Shown here one piece after another: positions 8,539 through 15,877 of a stretch of 47,931 nucleotides of DNA. This DNA is from Candidatus Jacksonbacteria bacterium RIFOXYB2_FULL_44_15. Lineage in GTDB: Bacteria > Patescibacteriota > Patescibacteriia > UBA9629. Location: contig MHJY01000025.1 of the NCBI GenBank assembly GCA_001818235.1, forward strand, positions 1 to 47,931, read 5' to 3'. The position numbers and the translations under genes are program-made. Under the pieces are notes generated by a model. The model saw only the letters and a list, made by a program, of their open reading frames with translations. It did no database searches and was not told where the DNA came from. Position 1 is the first letter of the stretch. The number at the start of each line of letters is the position of its first letter.

Positions 8539-10461
8539 TCAAGCTGGTTTTGACTGACTGACAATTTCTTTGACTATTTTAATGATACCATAGCGCGATA
8601 TTTCCTCATAGTCCAAAAGCTCGCTCGGTTGTCCAGCCGGTGGGAGTTTCCGCACCGCTAAACTGTAAATCGGCTTGCCCAAACCGGCCAAAACCGCGGC
8701 CACTGCCTCGCCTAAACCGCCTTCGGCAAAATGATCTTCCACGGTGACGACTGCTCGCGTTTTTAAAGCCGCCAACAATAAACCGTCAGCGTCCAGTGGT
8801 TTGATGCTGTAGGCGTCTATCACGCGAATACAAATCCCGTCGCGCGCCAAAGTGTCAGCGGCCGCCAACGCCTCGTGGACAGTGATGCCGGCGGCGACGA
8901 CTGCGATTTGATCCTGCGGACTTTCTCGTAAAATCTTACTGCCACCGATGCGGAAAGTTTCCTGATTTTGATAAATTATCGGCGTATCAGCGCGGGTAGT
9001 GCGCAAATAGACAATTCCCGCGTGCTGGGTAGCTATCTCCACCAACTTGTCAGCTGATACCGCGTCAGCCGGATAAAGCACTACACTGCCCAAGAGCGCC
9101 CGGAACATCGCCAGATCTTCCAGCCCCATCTGCGAAGGCCCGTCTGGCCCGATGGAAACGCCGGCGTGCGATCCAACGTATTTTACGCCCACGTCCGAAT
9201 ACTGGCTCATCCTAATTTGATCAAAAGCCCGCGTCAAAAAAGCCGCGAAAGTCGAAACAAACGGCATCTTGCCGCGCCGCGCCAAACCCACTGCCATGCC
9301 GACCATGTTTTGTTCGGCGATGTAACATTCGATAAAATTTTCCGGGTATTTATTTTTAAAAATTTCCGCGCCGGTTGAATTGCTGGTCTCGGCGTCTAAA
9401 ACAACTATATTAGAGTGCTGGGGAAAAATTCTAACCAGCGCGTTGCCATATGCCTTGCGCGTCGCGACTAACTGATCTTTAGAATACTCAATTTTTTGGT
9501 CATTTGAATTGGAAATTGAAAATTGCTTGCCCGCCGAAGCTTTCTTTGACCTTCCGTAGCCTTGTGCGAAGGAGGTAGCGTAGGTGGGGAAATTAGAAAT
9601 TTTTATTGCCTCTGGCTTTGCAATAACCCCTCGCAAATTTTTATCCACCTCCCCCAACTCGACCAGTGCCGCCTTAAGTTGATCCGCGTCCAGCGCCTTG
9701 CCATGCCAGCCAGGAGCACCCTCCATTAATTTAACGCCCTTGCCTTTGATGGTGCCAGCAATAATCATCACTGGTTTATTTTTGACTAATTTAGCTTCTG
9801 CGTAAGCAGAAATGACTTCCGGGAAAGAATGCCCATCAACAACAATCGTTTCCCAGCCAAACGCCGCCACCCTTCGTTGAAACTCCTCTGGATGCTGTCC
9901 ATACAAAGTCTCTCCGCGCTGACCCAAACCGTTTACATCAATAATGCCAATCAAATTATTAAGTTGATAATGCTCGGCTATTTCGATCGCTTCCCAGACC
10001 GAACCTTCGGCCATCTCGCTGTCGCCCATTAAAACGTATGTACAATACGATTTTTGATCCAATCTGGCGGCCATCGCCATCCCGACCCCGATCGAAAGCC
10101 CCTGGCCAAGCGAGCCGGTTGCGGCCTCGGTAAACGGAAACGCCGGCATCGGATGCCCGGCCAACCTGCTCCCCTTTTGGCGCAACGTTAAAATTTCCTT
10201 AGCCGTTACTTTGCCGGCCGCCGCGAATAGCGCGTATAAAAGTGGAGCGGCATGGCCTTTAGAAAAAATCAGCCGATCATTGTCCGAATTCTCGGGATTA
10301 TCAAGATCAAAATTAAAAAAGCCGCCAAACATTAAAGCAGTCATCAGTTCCACCGCGGATAATGATGAACTCGGGTGTCCGGAACCGGCGGCAGTCGTTC
10401 CGGTTAAAATGTAATAGCGAACGAGTCGCGAAATCGCGGCTAGTTTATTTTCGTCTAGCAT
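8539..10461 (-). CDS. tkt: transketolase (N- and C-terminal halves fused)
   Basis: GHPSSSLS, GHAAPLLYA, GSLGQGLS and GDSEMAEGSVWEA in the N half. The C half is pyrimidine-binding/C-terminal-domain-like. The two halves are joined by a ~45-aa low-complexity linker. Confidence 0.92.
   Translation of the reverse strand: MLDENKLAAISRLVRYYILTGTTAAGSGHPSSSLSAVELMTALMFGGFFNFDLDNPENSDNDRLIFSKGHAAPLLYALFAAAGKVTAKEILTLRQKGSRLAGHPMPAFPFTEAATGSLGQGLSIGVGMAMAARLDQKSYCTYVLMGDSEMAEGSVWEAIEIAEHYQLNNLIGIIDVNGLGQRGETLYGQHPEEFQRRVAAFGWETIVVDGHSFPEVISAYAEAKLVKNKPVMIIAGTIKGKGVKLMEGAPGWHGKALDADQLKAALVELGEVDKNLRGVIAKPEAIKISNFPTYATSFAQGYGRSKKASAGKQFSISNSNDQKIEYSKDQLVATRKAYGNALVRIFPQHSNIVVLDAETSNSTGAEIFKNKYPENFIECYIAEQNMVGMAVGLARRGKMPFVSTFAAFLTRAFDQIRMSQYSDVGVKYVGSHAGVSIGPDGPSQMGLEDLAMFRALLGSVVLYPADAVSADKLVEIATQHAGIVYLRTTRADTPIIYQNQETFRIGGSKILRESPQDQIAVVAAGITVHEALAAADTLARDGICIRVIDAYSIKPLDADGLLLAALKTRAVVTVEDHFAEGGLGEAVAAVLAGLGKPIYSLAVRKLPPAGQPSELLDYEEISRYGIIKIVKEIVSQSKPA
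9527..9590. repeat. GC-rich repeat-like stretch lying in frame in the transketolase linker
   Basis: On the coding strand: ccccacctacgctacctccttcgcacaaggctacggaaggtcaaagaaagcttcggcgggcaagc. It shares the words cctacgcta and gctacgg with the intergenic element at 15135-15160, and encodes PTYATSFAQGYGRSKKASAGK. Confidence 0.4.
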
Positions 10462-10476
10462 AAAAAAATTGAAGGC

Positions 10477-10553
10477 TGGTGGGTGCTCGAGGGCTCGAAC
10501 CCCGGACCTTCTCGGTGTAAACGAGACGCTCTAACCAGCTGAGCTAAGCACCC
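10477..10553 (-). tRNA. tRNA-Val (anticodon TAC), CCA encoded
   Basis: Hand-folded cloverleaf: acceptor GGGTGCT/AGCACCC, anticodon stem TCTCG/CGAGA, loop TTTACAC, T-arm CGGGG-TTCGAGC-CCTCG. Confidence 0.9.
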
Positions 10554-10597
10554 AAAGCAACAAAAGCATTGTAGCAAACTCACCCTGTTTAATCAAA

Positions 10598-10627
10598 TTG
10601 ACCAGCCAGTCCAAATCGCGGTATAAT
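10598..10627 (+). promoter_or_regulatory. candidate sigma-70-type promoter
   Basis: TTGACC (10598-10603), 18-nt spacer, TATAAT (10622-10627), ~40 nt upstream of the 10667 start. Confidence 0.4.
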
Positions 10628-10666
10628 CAATTTGGCTGATGACTTGATCAGCTTAATTAATATTAT

Positions 10667-11002
10667 ATGCAAACTATCCTTCGCATTCTCCTAAGTGCCG
10701 TCGCCGTGTTTGTTACGGCCTATATTCTCCCGGGCGTCAAAATCGCCAATTTTTTGACTGCCATCGTGGCCGCGATATTTTTCGCCGTGGTCAACGCTTT
10801 TATTAAGCCAGTGCTCGTAATTTTGACTTTGCCGATCAATATTCTGACTCTCGGTTTTTTTACTTTGGTGATCAACGCGCTTTTAGTAATGCTGGTCGCG
10901 GCCATTGTACCGGGATTTGAAATCAGATCGTTTTGGTGGGCAATGCTCTATAGCGTGATTCTATCGATCGTCAGTTACGTTTTGAATACGACGTTTAAAT
11001 AA
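10667..11002 (+). CDS. phage-holin-family-IV / DUF360-type membrane protein
   Basis: 111 aa with 4 TM segments. The N-terminus MQTILRILLSAVAVFVTAYILPGV is typical of this family. Confidence 0.7.
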   Translation: MQTILRILLSAVAVFVTAYILPGVKIANFLTAIVAAIFFAVVNAFIKPVLVILTLPINILTLGFFTLVINALLVMLVAAIVPGFEIRSFWWAMLYSVILSIVSYVLNTTFK

Positions 11003-11091
11003 AAGAGCGTTTGATAACTTCTTGAGAAGCCAGAGCAAACGCACGAATAAGCCGGAAGGCATTTTTTTAAAAACAAAATTTAAAATTTGAT

Positions 11092-11463
11092 TTAGTCTGA
11101 TGCCATGACTATCATCAGGACTACTAATATCACAGCTCCATAGGAACTGCAAGGGATCGTCAGCAAGCCAGCGCCCCATGATTTGCGTAGGCGGCCAACT
11201 ATCGGCGCACCAATCACACCAACCACAGCACCAGCCGCTGCAATTCCCTTAATTGAGCCAATGGGTATGCCTTTCATCATAAAAATAATGATAGGCAAAC
11301 CGCCGAGTACCAAAAGCAAAACGCAACCGATGCCGATGGCTTCCCATGGCGCTTTACGAAGTTGCCGGAAAAAGGCAGAGAAAAAAGCAACTGCAACACA
11401 AAAAAAGGCCCGATCGGGCCTTTTAAAATTGATTGTTTTGACGCTATATTGTCCACGTCGCAC
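11092..11463 (-). CDS. small glycine-zipper membrane protein (N-terminus probably over-called)
   Basis: Membrane-like sequence GIAAAGAVVGVIGAPIVG. A strong terminator hairpin at 11407-11420 lies inside the first 20 codons, so the real start is probably later (for example ATG 11280, MMKGIPIG). Confidence 0.3.
   Translation of the reverse strand: MRRGQYSVKTINFKRPDRAFFCVAVAFFSAFFRQLRKAPWEAIGIGCVLLLVLGGLPIIIFMMKGIPIGSIKGIAAAGAVVGVIGAPIVGRLRKSWGAGLLTIPCSSYGAVILVVLMIVMASD
11400..11424 (-). terminator. intrinsic terminator (bidirectional shape)
   Basis: Perfect palindrome ggcccgatcgggcc (11407-11420), preceded by A7 (T7 on the minus strand) and followed by TTTT. It lies downstream of the minus-strand island genes. 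Confidence 0.6.
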
Positions 11464-11543
11464 ATAAGCGAAGTAGGGCAGTAATTATACACTTCGCGCC
11501 AACCTACTTCGTACGGTAACTACTAGCGATTTTCTCGGCGGAC

Positions 11544-11822
11544 TTACAAATTTTCTTTCATCCAGCCAGTAACTTCTTTTGAAACATTAAATGTTGCCCA
11601 ACCTGTTTTTGTAACATCAACAACTAAAATCTTGTCATTGGAATCGATTTTTGCTTTTATCTCATCTCGCACTTGCGCTGATGTTTTGGTTGTTTTAATA
11701 AGCCAAACTGACTGTAGCGGTTTCGCCCAGCTTGAATATGATTTTATATACTGTATCAATAATTTGTAGTCTTCGTATGTTTCAGGTAAACCTAAATCAT
11801 ACGAAATAAGTAAAGTACTCAT
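11544..11822 (-). CDS. hypothetical small protein, Cas2/VapD-like ferredoxin-fold pattern (inference)
   Basis: 92 aa. The pattern LISYDL ... LQSVWLI ... ILVVDV resembles the beta-strand spacing of Cas2-like proteins. 2-nt gap to the upstream gene. Confidence 0.5.
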   Translation of the reverse strand: MSTLLISYDLGLPETYEDYKLLIQYIKSYSSWAKPLQSVWLIKTTKTSAQVRDEIKAKIDSNDKILVVDVTKTGWATFNVSKEVTGWMKENL

Positions 11823-11824
11823 AT

Positions 11825-12121
11825 TTATTCCCTGTTTGCTTTAAAATAATAACCAATGATGAAACCAAGAGGCCCCGAAAGAATACCGGAAATTGCAAGT
11901 AACATATCTCTGTGATCATCAACCGTAAAATGTTTCCATGTGCCAAGAAGTATGGCCCCAGCAATGATTGCAACATAAGCGACAACATAAATCAACGCGA
12001 TATGACTTCTCGTTTCTTCACGTTTTGAGTCCATTTGTTCACTATGTCCAAAAAATTGCCCTGACTGCCCAGAACCTGCCGGAGTCAGTTCATCAATTTC
12101 TTGTTTCTTTTTCCCTGCCAT
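11825..12121 (-). CDS. small 2-TM membrane protein
   Basis: 98 aa. A polar N-terminus is followed by two hydrophobic helices (IALIYVVAYVAIIAGAILLG and LLAISGILSGPLGFIIGYYF). Confidence 0.55.
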   Translation of the reverse strand: MAGKKKQEIDELTPAGSGQSGQFFGHSEQMDSKREETRSHIALIYVVAYVAIIAGAILLGTWKHFTVDDHRDMLLAISGILSGPLGFIIGYYFKANRE

Positions 12122-12125
12122 ATTT

Positions 12126-12386
12126 TTATAAATCGCGAATATTTATTGTTTCTCTTTTGCCGTCTTTAGTTTCTATAATAATTTTATCCTCACCAGCGTC
12201 TTTAACGGCATCAATTATTTTCATACCTTTAACTAAAATGTCGCCAAGTCTATCCTCAGATATAGATAAATAATTAGCAAGCTCTTTTAATTTTTTAAGA
12301 GCACCGTTGCCAAAACTTATGTCAAATCTTTCTTTTTCCACTGCAGATGTCTCGGAGGAGTTGTTTTCGGTTTGTTCTTCTGCCAT
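12126..12386 (-). CDS. hypothetical small acidic protein
   Basis: 86 aa. 4-nt gap to the downstream gene. No motif recognised. Confidence 0.5.
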   Translation of the reverse strand: MAEEQTENNSSETSAVEKERFDISFGNGALKKLKELANYLSISEDRLGDILVKGMKIIDAVKDAGEDKIIIETKDGKRETINIRDL

Positions 12387-12426
12387 AAATTAAAATTTAT
12401 ATTCTAAAAACATAACTAACACAAAA

Positions 12427-12954
12427 TTATTGTTCATTAACAAACTTACCCAAACCATTTTCTGATATTACAAACATTTGAGCGTTACGTAAATGCACTA
12501 AAGCAAAAAGCGGGCTTAATGATTTATCTCCGAGTAATTTTTGCACCAGTTTCCATAAAAATGATGGCTGTTCTTCTGGCCGAAGTCCATCAAATATCTG
12601 AATTAGTTCTTTTTGTCTATCTTCGTTAATTGACCAGATTGTTTTAAAACCATACTGAACTTTTGCATCGTTTAAAAGATAATGTCCTGCTAAACGATCC
12701 ATTGACCAAAAAAACCAAAAAACCAGCATTTGGTCAATTGAATCCAAAGTTTGTTCATCTATTTGCGCAAAGGCATTTAAAATTACACTGGTATTGGAAT
12801 CTGTTGATATTCCCTGATAAAATTGTCCAAGGTAAATTGGAATAATAGAAAAGAATGGATGCACCTTATCCAACTTTTGCATTAAAATTTTGTTTCTTGG
12901 TTTTGCAACATTTATTAATTTTAGATTCAATTTTGTTTTATCAAAAAATTTCAT
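12427..12954 (-). CDS. hypothetical protein
   Basis: 175-aa ORF in the AT-rich island. No motif recognised. Confidence 0.5.
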   Translation of the reverse strand: MKFFDKTKLNLKLINVAKPRNKILMQKLDKVHPFFSIIPIYLGQFYQGISTDSNTSVILNAFAQIDEQTLDSIDQMLVFWFFWSMDRLAGHYLLNDAKVQYGFKTIWSINEDRQKELIQIFDGLRPEEQPSFLWKLVQKLLGDKSLSPLFALVHLRNAQMFVISENGLGKFVNEQ

Positions 12955-13415
12955 AATTTTGTGGTTTATTTAAACAATTCATCAATGTTAACCTATACTA
13001 TGTAGGCGACTTTTTTAAAAGTTGCAAGCGTTTGGTTCTGATTTTTTGCCTGCTCCAATTTTAATAGTTGTATTAGTAGCTTTTCTTCTTTCAAGACGGC
13101 ACGGCTTCGCTTTAGCTCGGTCACGACGGGATTCCCTCCACGCCCTAGCTTCCGACGACGATTTTTTCAGGGACAATTGTCTTTTGTCTGTGGATAGTGT
13201 ATCATAGAAAGTGATATGAATTCTACTCCTCACCAAATTGTTAAAACTCGTAGAACCGAACACAGCAGAAAGGCGCAAGGGCACTCCGGGCGTGTTTTTG
13301 TTAATTTCAAAAAGGAAACAAAGGAAATAGAAATAGTTCAGGAATTGATCAGGCAAGACCAACTCACTAAACCAAACTCTGGCATAACAATTTCTGATAT
13401 AAACTACTATAAAAT

Positions 13416-14411
13416 TTAGAACGCAAATAGAAAATTTTGATTGTCAAAGAATAATTTCGACGCTTGTTGTTGAGGGTTACTATTTACCATAAGAAATAGC
13501 TCGGAGCGCAAATATATTTCCCAAAGAAGGTTCCATGTCGGATCTTCTTTTTGTAATGTTGTGATACCCAGTCCGAGACTTCCAGATTCGTCTGCACCAA
13601 TCATTCTACCGTGCACAAATCTTTTGTCAGCAGACGAGAGATTTTTTGCAATTATGTTGGCTGTTTGTTTGAGTTTTCTTGAATTCCAGCTTGGATTTTT
13701 AACTTTCAACATATACTGAGGTAGCCACTTTTTCACCAAATCGTTGGCAAAATTTATTTCCCTTTTACACTCCTCAATAAACGCTGGTTCAACAGTAGAT
13801 GAGGATAATTGTTGCAAATAGCCGATAAATTCTTTTTTCTCTGCCTTTGCTTTACTTAACTCTTTTAGTAAATTTTCTCTCGCGCTGATAAAAGATTGCG
13901 CAGATAATTGTTGCATAACACCACCGACATTTATAAATTTTTGAGCGTCTATTGGTCCAAGTTCTGAACAATAGCCCATCACGATACTATCTGCACCAAG
14001 CGCGATAATTGTCGCTGCACTTTTGGCCATGTTCGGAACAATCACTCGAAATTCTTTTGTCGTATATTTCCTGCACATCTCAACAATTTTCTCTGCGGTA
14101 ACACCAGAACCGCCGGGGCTATGTATCATGAAATCAAGATTTTCTACGGAACCACAATTCGCTAGCATACTTCCAATAGGAGCAATATCATCTGTGTTGA
14201 TAGCTGATTTTTGATTGCCGATTTTTGCTATGTAAACAATGAGTTTTCTTTTTTCTTTTTCTTCATATTGAGGAATAAGAATTTTGTGCTTCAAGATCAT
14301 TTCGGATTTAACCTTATCCGATTCTTGGCTAGCAATTCCAATCTCCTTCAAAACTTGTTGGAGTAGTGGCTCTTTCTGTATCTTTGCGGCAATGCTGTTT
14401 AGAGTGTCCAT
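13416..14411 (-). CDS. SDH-family (ClpP/S49-fold) serine protease
   Basis: LDFMIHSPGGSGVTAEKIV ... VIVPNMAKSAATIIALGADSIVMG..SELGPIDAQ matches the serine dehydrogenase proteinase (SDH_sah) core with its catalytic Ser. It also has a ~130-aa helical C-terminal extension. Confidence 0.82.
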   Translation of the reverse strand: MDTLNSIAAKIQKEPLLQQVLKEIGIASQESDKVKSEMILKHKILIPQYEEKEKRKLIVYIAKIGNQKSAINTDDIAPIGSMLANCGSVENLDFMIHSPGGSGVTAEKIVEMCRKYTTKEFRVIVPNMAKSAATIIALGADSIVMGYCSELGPIDAQKFINVGGVMQQLSAQSFISARENLLKELSKAKAEKKEFIGYLQQLSSSTVEPAFIEECKREINFANDLVKKWLPQYMLKVKNPSWNSRKLKQTANIIAKNLSSADKRFVHGRMIGADESGSLGLGITTLQKEDPTWNLLWEIYLRSELFLMVNSNPQQQASKLFFDNQNFLFAF

Positions 14412-14800
14412 ATTGTTATTACGCTACCTATTTTGTTTCCTAATCCGAGCGATTGTAAAACAGACCTTAAATCTGTGGCCACGTCTTTTTTGACAATAAT
14501 GTGAAATGGTACAGGTTGTCCTTGCAAAACTCCAGAAGACATTACCCGACTAGAAAAATCAATAAATTGTCCCTTTGATTTCTCACTATAAAAATCATCT
14601 GCCGTTTTGGCTTCCCCAATAATAATTAATCCGTTACTAGTTCTTGCAACTATATCAGGCTCATGCCGCCCAATAGCAGAAGGTCGAGTATATGTGCCAG
14701 AGTCGGCAGTTTCAATACTAAATCCCTCGGCAATAAATGCCTTCACGAGAGCGTCTACTAAATTATGATGCTCTTGGCTCGTCATAGTTTTACTTGACAT
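14399..14800 (-). CDS. PD-(D/E)xK nuclease-fold protein (Hjc/restriction-endonuclease-like)
   Basis: Motif HEPDIVARTSNGLIIIGEAKT (PD...ExK), preceded by an acidic helix. ATG at 14800 with GAGGT 9 nt upstream. The 3' end overlaps the protease start by 13 nt. Confidence 0.62.
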   Translation of the reverse strand: MSSKTMTSQEHHNLVDALVKAFIAEGFSIETADSGTYTRPSAIGRHEPDIVARTSNGLIIIGEAKTADDFYSEKSKGQFIDFSSRVMSSGVLQGQPVPFHIIVKKDVATDLRSVLQSLGLGNKIGSVITIWTL

Positions 14801-14850
14801 TTTTATCAACTACCTCGTAGCAAGCTGACGAGGTATAAAATGAATTACTA

Positions 14851-15132
14851 TCAGAATGATATGGTAACCGCGCAACAAGCTGTCGCGGAATCAGCAAGTT
14901 GAAATTCACTATTAGAAAATAGTTTGGTCGGTTGTTTGTTCAATCGCTTTTCTGCTACCCCAAAATACCTCACATCAATTTCAACGCCAATAAATTTTCT
15001 ATACAAATTACGCACGGAAACGCTGTTGAACCAACAGCCAATCGCGTGGTACAAATTCCTTTTTTCCCAGTCCGCCAAAGCACTATTTAATTCTTTCCGC
15101 CACGTCGCTCGCGAGTGCGAAGTTATTACGTG
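14851..15132 (-). pseudogene. C-terminal remnant of an N6/N4 DNA methyltransferase
   Basis: RKFIGVEIDVRYFGVAEKRLNK matches the conserved end of N6_N4_Mtase proteins (..GRkfiGiEid..Y...A.kRl). The position where DPFxGSGTT should sit reads YHAIGCWFNS (destroyed). No N-terminal catalytic half is present. Confidence 0.45.
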
Positions 15133-15226
15133 CCCGCCTACGCTAAAGCTACGGCGGACTAGCACTTCGCTATTCTGCTCGCTTCCGGACTGGCCGAAGG
15201 CCAGCCGAAGCTCGCAGAGCGAAAGC
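15120..15226. repeat. GC-rich mosaic element abutting the tRNA-Leu 3' end
   Basis: Contains cctacgctaaagctacggcgg and the hairpin ctggccgaaggccag. There is imperfect inverted similarity between cttcgctattctgctcgcttc and gaagctcgcagagcgaaagc. Confidence 0.5.
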
Positions 15227-15311
15227 TGGTGCCCTCGGTGGGACTCGAACCCACACGCCCACTGGGCCTAGGCCCTCAACCTAGTGCGTATACCAATTCC
15301 GCCACGAGGGC
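15227..15311 (-). tRNA. tRNA-Leu (anticodon GAG), CCA encoded
   Basis: Acceptor GCCCTCG/CGAGGGC, anticodon stem CTAGG/CCTAG, loop TTGAGGG, long variable arm, T-arm GTGGG-TTCGAGT-CCCAC. Confidence 0.9.
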
Positions 15312-15328
15312 AAAATGATTTTGTGATT

Positions 15329-15787
15329 TTATTTGATTTCTTTAAGCCGATTCACGCCTTCGCGTAAAAAGTACAACTTACTGCGCCGGGTTTTAAAAGT
15401 CTTGTCGATGACGATCCGCTCAACCAAAGGGCTGTAAAGAGGAAAAATCTTTTCCACGGCAACGCCGTCGCTTTCTTTGCGAACCATAATAGTCGCGCCC
15501 GGAGTGCTGCCGTGTTTGCGCGCCAGAACCATGCCTTTAAAAATTTGAATCCGTTGGCGCTCTTCGCCTTTGGGCGTCCTATCTAAAACCTTTTCATGAA
15601 CTTTAACTACCATGCCGGAGCGCACGCGCTCGCGATCATCAATCAACTGAGGCGCTACTGGCTCGTCAACTTTTTCCGATTCAGCTGATGGAACCGCGTC
15701 TTCGTTCGCGGCCGCGTCAACGCTCGCCTCTTCCGGCAAGTCCTCAGCTATCGATTTAAATTTTTTTTCTGATTTATCTGCGGTCAT
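15329..15787 (-). CDS. rplS: 50S ribosomal protein L19 with an acidic N-terminal extension
   Basis: The C-terminal ~110 aa are L19-like (RIQIFKGMVLARKHG, VEKIFPLYSPLVERI). The first ~45 aa are an Asp/Glu/Ala-rich extension. Confidence 0.9.
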   Translation of the reverse strand: MTADKSEKKFKSIAEDLPEEASVDAAANEDAVPSAESEKVDEPVAPQLIDDRERVRSGMVVKVHEKVLDRTPKGEERQRIQIFKGMVLARKHGSTPGATIMVRKESDGVAVEKIFPLYSPLVERIVIDKTFKTRRSKLYFLREGVNRLKEIK

Positions 15788-15877
15788 AAAAATTGTCCCC
15801 GTAACTTTCCATAAGGACTAACACATCAAAATGACGTTTGGCACCCTTACAAAATACGGGATGAAAATTAGATAAGG

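Noticed and set aside
11183-11467. 94-aa plus-strand ORF overlapping the 11092-11463 minus-strand ORF
   Set aside because: Its Pro/Thr/Ala/Lys-rich translation is less protein-like than the minus-strand glycine-zipper membrane sequence.
11534-11544. Possible att remnant (ctcggcggact) resembling part of the tRNA-Leu 3' half (ctcggtgggact) at the far end of the island
   Set aside because: Only about 10 of 12 positions match, and the site overlaps a stop codon. This is within chance expectation, so the island boundary is not defined by a convincing direct repeat.
13015-13362. 115-aa ORF, and the overlapping 13022-13207 ORF
   Set aside because: The translations are low-complexity Arg/Ser/Ala/Lys strings produced by the GC-rich repeat patch, with no start context. 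They are treated as non-coding.
13216-13419. 67-aa plus-strand ORF antisense to the island's gene direction
   Set aside because: It is short and basic, has no Shine-Dalgarno sequence or motif, and overlaps the protease stop. It cannot be distinguished from chance.
14924-15271. 115-aa plus-strand ORF
   Set aside because: It runs antisense through the methylase remnant and the GC-rich repeat and into tRNA-Leu, so it is spurious.
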